From Mobula hypostoma (Eukaryota): a stretch of DNA of 64,000 nt. The notes under the pieces are model-generated. The model saw nothing but the letters and a program-made list of their open reading frames with translations, made no database searches and was not told the DNA's origin. Position 1 is the stretch's first letter, and each line of letters starts with the position of its first letter. This document shows positions 11,471 through 24,069 of this stretch, in pieces. The stretch spans positions 115,570,001-115,634,000 of the forward strand of contig NC_086108.1 in NCBI RefSeq assembly GCF_963921235.1, read 5' to 3'. Made by a program: the position numbers and the translations under genes.

Positions 11471-12267
11471 AAAGTCAGATGTATCAGTATTACAGTGGAG
11501 TAAAGGGAATTACAGAGGCATGAGAGAGGATTTGGCCAGAATTGATTGAAAAAGAACACTGGCAGGGATGACGGCAGAGCAGCAATGACTGGAATTTCTG
11601 GAAGCAATTCAGAAGGCTCAGTATATATAGCCAAAGAGGAAGAAGTACTCTAAAGGCAAGATGATTCAACAGTGGCTAACAAGAGAAATCAAAATCAACA
11701 TAAAAAACCAAAGAGAAGGCATATAATAGAGCAAATATTAGTGGGAATTTAGAGGATTGCAAAGCTTTTAAATACCAACAAAAGGCAACAAAAAAGTCAG
11801 TAAGAAGTTAAAGATGGAATACAAAAGTAAGTGAGCAAATAATATTAAAGAGGATACCAAAAATTTCATCAGATAAAGTGTAAAAGAGAGACGAGAGTGG
11901 ATATTGGACTACTAGAAAACAATGCTGGAGAAGTGGCAATGGGGGACAATGAAATGGTGGATGAACTGAATAAGTATTTGCATTAGTCTTCACTGTGGAA
12001 GACATGAGCAGTATGGTGGAAGTTCCAGGTGCCAGGGGTCACCAGTGTGTGAAGTTACCATTACAAGGGAGAAGGTTCTTGAGAAACTGTAAGATCCGAA
12101 GGTAAGTGAGTCACCTGGACCAGATGGACTACACTCCATTGTTCTGAAAGAGGCGGCTGAAGAGATTGTGGAAGCGTTAGTAATGTTCTTTCAAGAATCA
12201 CTAGATTCTGGAATATTTCTGGAAGACTGGAAAATTGCAAATGTGACTCCACTCTTCAAGAAGGGAG

Positions 12268-13258
12268 TGTCATGGTCTGGTCTGTGAAATCCGCATACCG
12301 GTCCGTCGATCCGTATTCCAGGTTTTCCGGTTTTCCATTGTTCTGTTGGGTGCTGTAATTGAGGCACATGATTTCCATTTGGGCAGACACATAAATACCT
12401 CTGGAGACCAAGGCTTGGCCGTTGGATTGTTCTTGTCAAAGCCCCCTGTCTGAATTTCTTCTCTGTCCCTTCCCCTTGAAGACTTGCCCTGCAACCGGTG
12501 TCTGGAGCCTTGCCCTGCAACCTTGCCAAGTTCTACCACAAGAGTGAGACTGGAGCCCTGCTGTGTCAAGATAAGGAACTCTCCATTGTTGAGTTAGAAC
12601 TGTCTCTGTGTTCATGCCTTTGCTAGGTAGGTCTGGTTGTTTGCCGCTACCTAGTGTTGGGAACTGTCTCTGTGTCCTTGCTTGTCCTAGGTAGGTCTGG
12701 TTGTTTGCCGCTACCTAGTGTTGGGAACTGTCTTGTTGTGTTCAGCATTCTGTGTATGAGTCCTGGCCCTTAGTCTTGTTCCCAAGGAGGGGTCCTGGCT
12801 CTGTTCCATGTCCCAGTGTTCCTGTCCTCTCCTAAGACCAAGACTCTGTGTTCTGTGTTCCTGTCTCCCAAGACCAAGTCAAGGCTTTGGGGTCTCATCC
12901 TGTCCGAGTACCCTGACTAGTCCAAGCCACGTCCGAGTACCCTGACTAGTCCAAGCCAAAGCTTTGTGTTCTCGTCCTGTGCAGGAGTTCCATGTCCAGT
13001 CCTGTTGCCATGTCTCGTCCTCGCCTAGATCTGGAGTCCATGCCTGAGTCAAGACCCAGGTTCTGGGTCCTTGTCCAGTCTCTGGCTCGGAGTCCAAGCC
13101 CAGGCTCCTAGTTCCTTGTCCAGGTCCCGCTTTCCTAGCCAAGTCCTAGCCCAAGTCTGTCTCCTGTCATGTCCCTAACTCTAGTCCTAGTCCTGTCCCT
13201 GGTACTTCAGTATCTGTGTCTTGCATTTGAGTCCGCTCCCAGCACCCACCTTATGACA
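12268..13258 (+). mobile_element. Solo LTR (991 bp) with 5-bp TSD
   Basis: TGTCATGG...TATGACA termini; GGGAG at 12263-12267 and 13259-13263; TATA-like ACATAAATA at ~12389; internal ~65-bp and 29-bp duplications. Confidence 0.92.
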
Positions 13259-14223
13259 GGGAGAGAGTAAGAAGTAAAGAAACTATAGACCTGTTAGTCT
13301 GACCTCAGGGGTTGGTAAGATGTTGGAGTTGATTTTTATGGATGTGGTCTTAGTACTTGGAGGCACATGACAAAATAGACTGTAGTCAGCATGGTTTCCT
13401 TAAGGGAAAATCTTGCCTGACAAATTTGTTGAAATTCTTTGAAGAAATAACAAGCAGGATGGACAAAGGAGAATCAGTCTGGGTTGGGTACTTGGATTTT
13501 CAGAGACCTTTGACAAGGTGCCACACACGAGGCTGCTTAACAAGCTACCAGCCCATGGTATTACAGGAAAGATGCTAGCATGGATAAGGCAGTGGCTGAC
13601 AGACAGGATGCATAGAGTGGGAATGTTGACTGTTGGCCACTAGTGATGTTCCACAGGGATCTGTGTTGGGACTGATTTTTTTTTATGTTACACAGTTTGT
13701 CAATGATTTGGATGATGGAATTGATGGCTTTGTTGCAAAGTTTGCAGGTGATATGAAGAGAGGTGGTGGAGCAGGTAGTTTTGAGGAAGTAGAGAGGCTA
13801 CAGAAGGACTTAGACAGATTAGGAGAATGGGCAAAGAAATGGCAGATGGGACACTGTTGGGAAGTGTATGGTGATGAACTTTGGTCATAGAAATATAAGT
13901 ATTGACTATTTTCTGAATGGAGAGAAAGTAAAAAAAACAAAAGTGCAAAATGATTTGGGGGTCCTTGTGCAAGATTCCTTAAAGGTTAATTTGCAAGTTG
14001 AGTCTGTGGTGAGGAAGGCAAATGTAATGTTGGCATTCATTTCAAGAGAACTAGAATATAAAAGCGAGGATGTAATGCTGAGGCTTTATAAAGCACTGGT
14101 GAGGCTTCACTTGCAGTATTGTAAGCAGTTTTGGGCCCCTTATCTTAGAAAGGATGTGCTGAAACTGGAAATCGTTCAAAGGAGGTTCATTAAATAATTT
14201 CAGGTTTGAATAGCTCATCATAT

Positions 14224-16257
14224 AGAAACATAGAAAATAGGTGCAGGAGTAGGCCATTCGGCCCTTCAAGCCTGCACCGCCATTTATTATGATCATGGCT
14301 GATCATCGAACTCAGAACCCTGCCCCAGCCTTCCCTCCATTCCCCCTGACCCCCGTAGCCACAAGGGCCATATCTAACTCCCTCTTAAATATAGCCAATG
14401 AACTGGCCTCAACTGTTTCCTGTGGCAGAGAATTCCACAGATTCACCACTCTCTGTGTGAAGAAGTTTTTCCTAATCTCAGTCCTAAAAGGCTTCCCCCT
14501 TATCCTCAAACTGTGACCCCTCGTTCTGGACTTCCCCAACATCGGGAACAATCTTCCTGCATCTAGCCTGTCCAATCCCTTTAGGATTTTATACGTTTCA
14601 ATCAGATCCCCCCTCAATCTTCTAAATTCCAACGAGTACAAGCCCAGTTCATCCAGTCTTTCTTCATATGAAAGTCCTGCCATCCCAGGAATCAATTTGG
14701 TGAACCTTCTTTGTACTCCCTCGATGGCAAGGATGTCTTTCCTCAGATTAGGGGACCAAAACTGCACACAATACTCCAGATGTGGTCTCACCAAGGCCTT
14801 GTACAACTGCAGTAGTACCTCCCTGCTCCTGTACTCGAATCCTCTCGCTATAAATGCCAGCATACCATTCGCCTTTTTCACCGCCTGCTGTACCTGCATG
14901 CCCACTTTCAATGACTGGTGTATAATGACACCCAGGTCTCGTTGCACCTCCCCTTTTCCTAATCGGCCACCATTCAGATAGTAATCTGTTTTCCTATTTT
15001 TGCCACCAAAGTGGATAACTTCACATTTATCCACATTAAATTGCATCTGCTATGAATTTGCCCACTCACCCAACCTATCCAAGTCACCCTGCATCCTCTT
15101 AGCATCCTCCTCACAGCTAACACTGCCGCCCAGCTTCGTGTCATCCGCAAACTTGGAGATGCTGCATTTAATTCCCTCATCTAAGTCATTAATATATATT
15201 GTAAACAAATGGGGTCCCAGCACTGAGCCTTGCGGTACCCCACTAGTCACTGCCTGCCATTCTGAAAAGGTCCCGTTTATTCCCACTCTTTGCTTCCTGT
15301 CTGCTAACCAATTCTCTATCCACATCAATACCTTACCCCCAATACCGTGTGCTTTAAGTTTGCACACTAATCTCCTGTGTGGGACCTTGTCAAAAGCCTT
15401 TTGAAAATCCAAATATACCACATCCACTGGTTCTCCCCATCCACTCTACTAGTTACATCCTCAAAAAATTCTATGAGATTCGTCAGACATGATTTTCCTT
15501 TCACAAATCCATGCTGACTTTGTCCGATGATTTCACCGCTTTCCAAATGTGCTGTTATCACATCTTGGATGACTGACTCCAGCAGTTTCCTCACCACCGA
15601 CATTAGGCTAACCGGTCTATAATTCCCCGGTTTCTCTCTCCCTCCTTTTTTAAAAAGTGGGGTTACATTAGCCACCCTCCAATCCTCAGGAACTAGTCCA
15701 GAATCTAACGAGTTTTGAAAAATTATCACTAATGCATCCACTATTACTTGGGCTACTTCCTTAAGCACTCTGGGATGCAGACCATCTGGCCCTGGGACTT
15801 ATCTGCCTTTAATCCCTTCAATTTACCTAACACCACTTCCCTACTAACATGTATTTCCCTCAGTTCCTCCATCTCACTGGACCCTCTGTCCCCTACTATT
15901 TCTGGAAGATTATTTATGTCCTCCTTAGTGAAGACAGAACCAAAGTAATTATTCAATTGGTCTGCCATGTCCTTGCTCCCCATAATCAATTCACCTGTTT
16001 CTGTCTGTAGGGGACCTACATTTGACTTTACCAGTCTTTTCCTTTTTACATATCTATAAAAGCTTTTACCATCAGTTTTTATGTTCCCTGCCAGTTTTCT
16101 CTCATAATCTTTTTTCCCCTTCCTAATTAAGCCCTTTGTCCTCCTCTGCCGAACTCTGAATTTCTCCCAGTCCTCAGGTGAGCCAGTTTTTCTGGCTAAT
16201 TTGTATGCTTCTTCTTTGGAATTGATACTATCCCTAATTTCTCTTGTCAGCCACGGG
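14224..16257 (-). mobile_element. Fairly young 5'-truncated CR1 (RT domain) nested antisense in the old CR1
   Basis: ORFs 15367..15768, 15050..15427 and 14312..15046 give [43 protein letters not shown]. (TTTCTATG)n tail at ~14224; TAT on both flanks. Confidence 0.95.
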
Positions 16258-17089
16258 TATGAGGAGGATTTGATGGCTCTGGGCCTATTCGTTGGAATTC
16301 AGAAGAATGAGGGGTGACCTCTTTGAAATCTATTGTATGGTGAAAGACCTTGATAGAGTGGATGCGGAGAAGATGTTTCCTCTGGTGGGAGAGTCTAAGA
16401 CAGGAGGACACAGCCTCAGAACAGAGAGGCATCCTTTTAGAATGATGAGGAGGAATTTCTTTTGCTGGAGAGTGACAAATCTGTGGAATTCATTGCCACA
16501 GGGAGCTGTGGAGAGCAATTCTGTATGCATATTTAAAGCAGGGGTTGATAGATTCTTGATTGGTCAGGGTATGAAGGGATATGGGGAGAAGGCAGGAGAT
16601 TGGGGCTGGCAGGAAAGATAGATCTGCCATGATGAAATGGTGGAGCAGACTCGATGGGCCAAATGGTCTAATTCTGCTCCTACGTCTTATGGTCTTGTGT
16701 AATCCCGGTGTCCACTGCTGGGGACCCTCCCGGTCCCGGTGTCCACTGCCAGCCGTTGTCATTGATCTCACAAGAAGAGAATCAAACTGGCCCCCAGCAT
16801 GTGCTTGGATATGCCAGTTGTTAACTCAAATGACACTTTTCTGTGTACATCTTGATGTACACGTGATAAATTAATGAATCTAAATCTGACAACCTGTCTT
16901 TGCATGGAGGATCTTAGAAGGAAGACAAGGTGGAACTCACACTTGAAATTTCTGGCTGAACATGATTCTGAGTGCTATGACACTGCCCCTTGGCACTCAC
17001 TTGTGGACAGGCTGGTGAGGTGGGCAGAGAGCCAAGAGGTTAAGTTGAGCACTGAGAAGTGTGAAATGATTTTGTTGGAAGAACAAGAT

Positions 17090-17280
17090 CATCATAGCTT
17101 GTCACACCAGATAGCCAGCCACTCTAGTGTTGTTTGGTTGATGTTGAGTAGGTCAGTGTCAGCTGAATCAGGTGAGAGTGGGCAATTGCACAGAACGTGT
17201 TCAATGTTCTGCACCCTTTCGCCACACTCACAGGATTCGCTGGTCTTTAAACCCCACTTCAGCATATTGTCTCCATAAAA
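17090..17280 (-). mobile_element. 5'-truncated non-CR1 LINE (I/Ingi/Vingi-like C-terminal CCHC) with 13-bp TSD
   Basis: LKWGLKTSESCECGERVQNIEHVLCNCP...WCDKL* immediately followed by a short ATG-repeat tail. GGAAGAACAAGAT at 17077-17089 and 17281-17293. Confidence 0.8.
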
Positions 17281-17404
17281 GGAAGAACAAGATGAGGCAG
17301 TATGAATGTAGGTCAAAGTTTTGATCGGCAACAAGAATAGAAATCACCTATATCCTTCAGTGAATGTGTCAGGGAAGATCAGGAAAGTGGGTTCTGACCA
17401 GCCA

Positions 17405-17950
17405 GACCACAAGATCTAAGACATAGGAACAGAATTGGACTACTCGGCCCATTCTGTCGATTCTGCTGTTCCATTTTGGCTGATAAATTGTCCCAATCCC
17501 TTGCCCTGTAATCTTTGACACCCTGACCAAACAGGAACCCATCAACCTCTGCTTTAAATACCCAATGACTTGGCCTGAACAACCGTCTATGGCAATGAAT
17601 TCCACAGATTCGTTACTCTGGATAAAGAAATTCCACCTCCTCTCCATTCAAAATGGACATCCCTCTATTCCGAAGCTGTGCCCACTGGTTCTAGACTCCC
17701 CTACTATAGGAAATATCCTCTTCACATCCACTCTATCTAAAACTTTCAATATTCGATTGGTTTCAATGAGATCCGCCTCCTTCTTCTGAACTCCAGTGAG
17801 TACAGACCCAGAAACATCAAACACCCCTCACACATTAACCCTTTCATTTCAGAATCATACTCGTGAGCCTCCACTGGACCCTCTCCAATGCCAGCACAAC
17901 TTTTCTTAGATAAAGGGCCCAAAACTGCTCTCAATAATCCAAATGTGATC
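17405..17950 (-). mobile_element. CR1 3' fragment
   Basis: LGLYSLEFRR...RWNFFIQ...FKAEVDGFL and 3' UTR on the minus strand. Confidence 0.85.
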
Positions 17951-20648
17951 CAATGTTTTCTTGATGGGTGTGGAAGGCACTGTTGTGGGAAAACTATTAC
18001 CTATTTGGAAGGTGTGTTTTAGGCCCTGAGTTGGGGTTAAAGGTGGAGTTGGTGATGGGCCCCGTGCAGGTGGTAATACTCTCTGACGTGCACTCCCCTC
18101 TCCGTGACAAGACCTTCTTCCCCTACTTGTACTCCATCGGCGAGGTGTGATCAAAAATAACCCCAATACCGTACAGGGCACCTCCGCAGGGTTATGAGCA
18201 CCTGTTCTCATTCCAGCACCGTCTGCTTATGCAGCTGCAGTGGAGCAGGGTGGGGATGTCGAGGGGAGGCTTCAGGTTTATTTTGAGGGGCATTACTATA
18301 CCATCCCCTGGTCTATGGGTCACCCGAGGTGCCATGCCTGAAACGAGATTGGGCATATTCAGAAGAATTGCCCAAATCGTCAGGCTGCCAACTCTGCCTT
18401 GGAGGGACAGGGTGATACCCCGGGCCTTCCTCCACTGACCCCCACCTTCAGCTGTCCCTTCCCTGTCACCCCCACCCCACCCCCGTGCCACTGGCTGTGG
18501 AAGTCGTGGTTGGACACGTAGCGGGTGATGGTGAGGGGTGGGTACAGGTGGTGGGCAGGAAGGCGAAAAAGGAGAGAAAGCATCTGAAGGCTTCTCTCCC
18601 CCAGGGAAGGAGCAGGTTGTTGCTGCTGAACCGAGTCTGGAGAGTCCTGTGGCTCCTGAAACCCAGCAAGCGCCTGGGGAAGTTTGTTGTGGGGGGGGGG
18701 GGTTGGGTAGTGCTGGAGGCTGAGGATGCCTCTGAGATGGAGGTCAGGGTGCCTCTGCATATCTGCGGCCTGAAACGGTGGAGGGACGAGACTGAGGATC
18801 AGGAACCTCAGGGGGAGGATTTACCCCCAGTTAAGGCCGTATGTGCAGATTATATTCCCTCCGAGCTGGAGGATAGCTCTGTCGTTCGGGGACCCTCTGC
18901 TGGGGAGACATCTCCTGAACATGTGTCTCCTGGGCTGGTGAGCGACATCACTTTAGAGGGGCTGTGTGAGGAGGTGGTCGTGGCCTCGTATGAGACCGAG
19001 CACGGGGCGTGTATTCCCTGAGGAGGGGCAAAGCCCTGTAGAACAGGGGTCGCCTGTGGGTACCGGGTCACCACGGGGATTGGTTTCCCAGATTGTTGCC
19101 TCACTTGAGGCCAAGTGTCCTATCAAGGGGGGTTTAGTCCACGAGAGGAACTAGAGTGACCCTGGATCGCCATTCCACGCAGCTAATCCGACGAAGTGTG
19201 TCCCCAGGGGTGAGCAGGTTGGGGACTCTCCTCGTGCTGTTTCCGGTGAGGGTAACAAGGGTGTGGAGATGGGTACTACCCAGCAAACTTGTGTCCGGAA
19301 TGGGGGAGGAATTCTGCATCCAGAGGTGGTGGGGCCTCCCTGTGTCACTGGTCCTGGGGATGGGGTAGAGATTGTGTTGAAATCTCCCATCAGGGCCACA
19401 GTGAGGATTGAGGTGGTCACGTCAGGTGCAGACAATGACTGCTCAGAGGGTGATGAGATCGTTGGACGCAGTGAGGGGGAAGAGAGGGACTCTTACGAAG
19501 CCAAGATGGTGACTTCCTCAACCCCAGGACCAAGTCACAGCCCACCTCTCTGGAGGGGATCCAACAGTTCGTGAGGGACTACTGGAGGAAACCTTTCAAG
19601 GCCCAGTTGGCCACCGATCGCCGTGGGTCTGGGAGGGGTCGTTCCGTTTATCTACACAATCCTCCAAAAGAAGGGGTGGGGAGCTGAGGTGACCCGTGAG
19701 GAGAAGCGGCAGATTAAGAGACTCCTGGAGCCCCTGGAGAAAAGTTGTAGGGTGAAGGCAGGAGAGGGCTCAAAGCAGAGCTCTGTTGCTGTTCCCAGGG
19801 GCTCTGGTGAGGGGTCTCAATAAGCCGCGACCCTTAACATCAACGGTGATGGGGGTGGGGCTCTCCACAGATCCCATCATCTCTCTGTCCTCCGGGACAG
19901 GAGATATGCAGTGAGCTTCCTGTAGGATACACACCGTTCCAGGGGACGAATCCACCTAGCTCCTGGAGTGGCGAGGCGGGGGTGGGGAGGACCACATTAG
20001 CCACCTCAGCTCTATTTTCAGTAGAGTGGCCATCTTGTTGGCCCCTTTTCTCCAGCCAGAGCTTTTGCAGGTTCAGGAGCTCCTGCCAGGCCATCTGCTT
20101 CACCTAACCATGTGTCAGGATGACGTACCAATGCATTTTGTAAATGTATCCACCCCTGAGGCTGGCCCGATGCAGGCGCACCTGTTCCAAGAGGTGTCAG
20201 CATTGCTGGAGCCGATAGATCATAGCAAGTGTTTTATCCTCGGTGTGATTTCAATTGTGCCCTCGAAGAGAGGGGTCGCACTGGTCCCCAGAGTAGCCAA
20301 GCCTTCTGGGACATCCTAGAGGCTGATTATGCAGGGGTACTGGGGGAGCGCATGGCAACGCGTCAGATGCCCCTCTCTTGATGGAGGGTATTTGTGGCCC
20401 CGCTGCCAGAGAAGGGGGATCTCTGTTGCCTGTGGAATGACACCCAGTATCCCTCCTCAGTGTGGAGTACAAGGTCTTTGCCCGGGCAATGGCCAATCGT
20501 CTGGGCTCCGTGCTGGCCATAGTGGTCCACCCTGACCAGTCCTACACGGTCCCGGGGCGGTCGATCCAGGACAATATCCACCTTGTGCTGGTAAGTTGGT
20601 CTGTCAGTCACCTTTCTCTCCCTCGATCAAGAGAAGGTGCTTAACAGG

Positions 20649-21385
20649 TTGTCAAAGGTTACAGTGGGACCATCGATAGGATGTAGAACTGAACACAGTA
20701 CTGCAAGTGGGGTCTGACCAGAATCCTATATAGCTGGTAACATTACCTCACAGCTCTTGAACTCAATTCCATGGTTGAAAAATGCCAATACACCATATGT
20801 CTGCTTAACAACACTGTCAAACTGCGCAGCAGCTTTGAGTGTCCTATCGACACGGACCCAAAGATCTCTCTGATCCTCCACACTGCTGAGAGTCTTACCA
20901 CTAACATTATATTCTGTGTTCAAATTTGATCTTCCAAAATGAAGCACTTCACACTTATCTGGGTTGAACTCCATCTGCCACTTCTCAGCCCAGTTCTGCA
21001 TCCTATCAATGTCCCGCCGTAACCTCTGACAACATCCAGACTATCCACAACACCCCCAACCTTTGTGTCATCAGCAAACTTACTAACCCACCCTTCTACT
21101 TCTTCATCCAGGTCATTTATAAAAATCACAAAGAGGAGGGGTCCCAGAACAGATCCCTGTGGAACACCATTGATCATTGACCTCCATGCAGAATACAAAC
21201 CATTTACAACCACCCTTTGCCTTCAGTGGCAAGCCAATATAGAAAGGGTGCAAAGGAGATTTACAAGGACGTTGCCTGGATTGGGGAGCATGCCTAATGA
21301 AAACAGGTTGAGTGAACTTGGCCTTTTCTCCTTGGAGCGACATAGGATGAGAGTGACCTGATAGAGGTGTATAAGATGATGAGAT
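20649..21385. mobile_element. Rearranged CR1 copy (inverted RT segment joined to a direct C-terminal segment)
   Basis: 20690-21235 minus: [10 protein letters not shown]...KFADDTK...HLQYCV. 21236-21385 plus: IERVQRRFTRTLPGL. Confidence 0.8.
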
Positions 21386-21740
21386 GCCTCTCTAACACTG
21401 CCTCACTTTCTGTAACAAGCTGAAGGTCATCGAACAGCAGCTCCTGTTCCCTAACGTGGTCTCTAAGGAGATGCATCTCAGTACACCTGGTGCTGATGTG
21501 GCTGTTGGGAAGGCTGCGAGACTGCTGGAAATCCCACATCTCTCACCCAGAACAGAGCACTGGCTCTAGATATACCCTCTATTCTCTCTGGAGATGAATA
21601 AGAAATAAGGAATGAACTTACTGGACTTTGCCTGTTCTCATTGAAGTCCTGTTGAGCCAAAGCCTTGCTACTCTGACTCAGACTCTTCAACAACAACCAC
21701 TCCCGTGATGATTGCTCTGCTTGGCGGTACCTCTCTTTTA
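21386..21740 (-). mobile_element. CR1 5' UTR / ORF1 N-terminus fragment
   Basis: MWDFQQSRSLPNSHISTRCTEMHLLRDHVREQELLFDDLQLV resembles the zinc-finger/leucine-zipper start of CR1 ORF1. Confidence 0.65.
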
Positions 21741-22397
21741 TAGAGATTGGGTTTCCAGTGGAAATCATTCTCGGAGCTGCATGGGAACGCTCCTGTTGCA
21801 TCTGCAGTATTCCAGTCAATTACATGGAGTGTGAGAGGTTGCAGCCCCTGTCTGAGCATCTGAAGCTGCTGCTCGGGTTCAGCCCCGCGCTCCCCATCCA
21901 CGGGTGCCCGGTACGGAAAGGGGCGGGGCGCGAGGAGCTTATTCCGGCTCCGGCCAAGATGGCCATTCACGGGTTGAGGCGGCGGACAGTGGAGGACACT
22001 GCCTGGGCCAACCACTTGTCCCTCTTCTGAGGATACATTTGGAGAGGGAGCATGCGGTCCCAATGGGTACATGGGGGGAGTTTCCGAGAGCAGTGGGCCC
22101 CCCGGGGAAATGACTGTTTATAGACAGTAGTAATCATATTTTAATTTTAACTTATTCACTGTCTTGTAAATACTAAATGTTAGTACTTTGCATACTTTCT
22201 GTGTAAATAAACTTCTGTATTTTTATTAAAAAAAAGGGTGGTTCTGAGATGCGGAGTCATTGGGACAGGATGCATATGGTCAGACAGGGTCAGTGTCGAG
22301 AGGGTGAAGAGCACTCCGAGTGATGACCATCACTGACCACTGGCTTAGACAATAGATTTTAAAGCATTGAAATTCTGGAGAGGGTGACTCCAGATAA

Positions 22398-23150
22398 AAC
22401 ACAAGAGATTCTGCAGATGCTGGAAATCTAAACACTCACAAAATGCTGGAGGAGTTCAGCTGGTGGGGCAGCATATACGGACATGAATAAACAGTTAGCA
22501 TTTTGGGCCGAGCCACTTCTTCAGGACCGGGAAGGGAAGGGGGAAGTCCTCAGAATAAAAAGGTTGGGGGAGGAGAAAGAGGACAAGCTGGAAGGTGACA
22601 GGTGAAGCCAGGAGAGCAGGAAAGGTAAATGGCTGGAGAGGAAGGAATCTGATAGGAGAAGAGAGTGGACCATCGGAGAAGGGAAGGAGGAGGGATGCCA
22701 GTAGGTGAAAGGCAGGTGAGAAGAGTTAAGGATTCGAAGTGGGAAATAGAAGATGCTGAGAGCGGGAGGTCAGTTATTTTACTGGAAGGATAAATTAATC
22801 TTCATGCCATCAGGTTGGAGGCTACCAGACAGATTGCAAGCATCACTCCTCCACCGTGACAGTGGCCTCATTGTGGCAAAAGAGGCAGCCCTGGAGTGAC
22901 ATGTCAGAACGGGAATGGGGGTCACAATGTTTGGCCACCAGCAAACCTGCCCCTGGCACATAAAGCAGAGATGCATGACAAAGTGGTTCCCCAATTTACA
23001 TTGGGTCTTAACAATATAGGGGTTGCATTGGGAGCACTAGATATAATAGAAAACTCCAACACATAGACAGGTGAAGTGTGACCTCAAATGGCAGGTCTGT
23101 TTGGGGTCGCGAATGGAGGAGGAAATTGGGCAGGTGTAATGTTTCTGTGG
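22398..23150 (-). mobile_element. Penelope-like element 3' part (decayed GIY-YIG plus pLTR)
   Basis: HFTCLCVGVFYYI*CSQC..YI..TQCKLGNHFVMHL...GSLQPDGMKINL: decayed GIY-YIG, followed by the pLTR module. Confidence 0.8.
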
Positions 23151-23679
23151 CTAGCAAGGGTATGATTCTTTCTTTAACATGTATTAATCTGGAGGCAGGA
23201 CGTCACATCATGAGTTCAATCCCAGCACAGTGACCAGAACTGGATTTCGGACCTCCAGCTTAGTCCCAGACCCGTGACCCCTGAACACAAAGGATTAAGT
23301 ACACAACAATTCTGTACCATGGAGTTGTACTCTCAGGAATCTAGACTGGATATTACAATTAAAGCAGAGAGCAGAACTTGGAAAAGACAAAATAGAAGCC
23401 TTGTTATTGGAAAGCACACAACATTTGTAACAAGGCAGGGAAATTGATGGCACAAATTAAAATAAATGAGTTCAATCCAACAGCTATTAGAGAGACAAGG
23501 TTGTAACGTGAGTAAAGTTGAAAACTAAATATCCCAGGATACTAAACCTCTCAGCTGGATAGGGTAGGAGAAGGGAAGGAAGCCTTGCAACATCGGTGGG
23601 CGTCAGGCTGAGAGCAGTGTGAACGTAGAACCTAGAACAGTACAGCATAGTACAGGCCCTTCAGATCATCATGTTACAT

Positions 23680-24000
23680 ACATTCAATTAAGTAAGTCAT
23701 GCAAAAAGGGAGCAAACACAAAGCAGTGAGGTAGTGTTTGTGGGTTCATTGTCCATTTAGGAATCTGATAGCCAAGGGGAAGAAACGGCTCCTCAAACAT
23801 CGAATGTGTGTCTTCAGGCTCCTGTACCTCCTCCTTGATGGTTGCAATGTCCTCAGTGATAAAGATCCTTGATGATGGATGAGCCCTTTCTGAGGCATCA
23901 CCTTTCAAAAGTGTCCTGGATGTTGGGGAGGCTGGTGCCCGTGACAGAGCTGGCTGAGTTGACAACTCTCTGCAGCTTTTCTGATCCTGTGCAGTGTCCT
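23680..24000 (-). mobile_element. Rex1/Babar-type LINE 3' fragment
   Basis: Minus strand GGAGGTACAGGAGCCTGAAGACACAC...TTCTTCCCCTTGGCTATCAGATTCCTAAATGG is typical of Rex/Babar ORF ends. Related pieces at ~4265-4325, ~5290-5410 and ~8165-8300. Confidence 0.6.
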
Positions 24001-24069
24001 CTCCCTCCCCCTCTCCCTCTTCCTCTCTGTTGGGCCCATATTCCTCTGGAGTCCTCCTATCCATGGACT

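Larger units (their letters stand above)
10540..16698 (+). mobile_element. Old CR1 LINE (APE end, RT, C-terminus, 3' UTR) interrupted by three younger insertions
   Basis: DFNMQGDW...[75 protein letters not shown]. Colinear once the inserts are removed; many stops and frameshifts. Confidence 0.9.
17965..22235 (+). mobile_element. Decayed Tx1-clade (L1 group) retrotransposon: ORF1, APE, part of RT, C-terminus, poly(A)
   Basis: ORF1 VILSDV...; zinc knuckle CHA*NEIGHIQKNC at 18330-18371; ORF2 ATLNING (~19828) and QPELLQVQELLPGHLLHL; RT EYKVFARAMANRLGSVLAIVVHPDQSYTVPGRSIQDNIHLV; C-terminal YMECERLQPL...LEREHA; AATAAA ~22205 then A8. Motifs resemble Xenopus Tx1. Interrupted by CR1 pieces at 20649-21740. 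Confidence 0.85.

Noticed and set aside
23245..23300. Ig/TCR J-like motif GSGTKLEVR on minus
   Set aside because: Lacks the F/W before GxG, has no convincing RSS (12/23 spacing fails) and no splice donor at the expected position; no V or C segments nearby.
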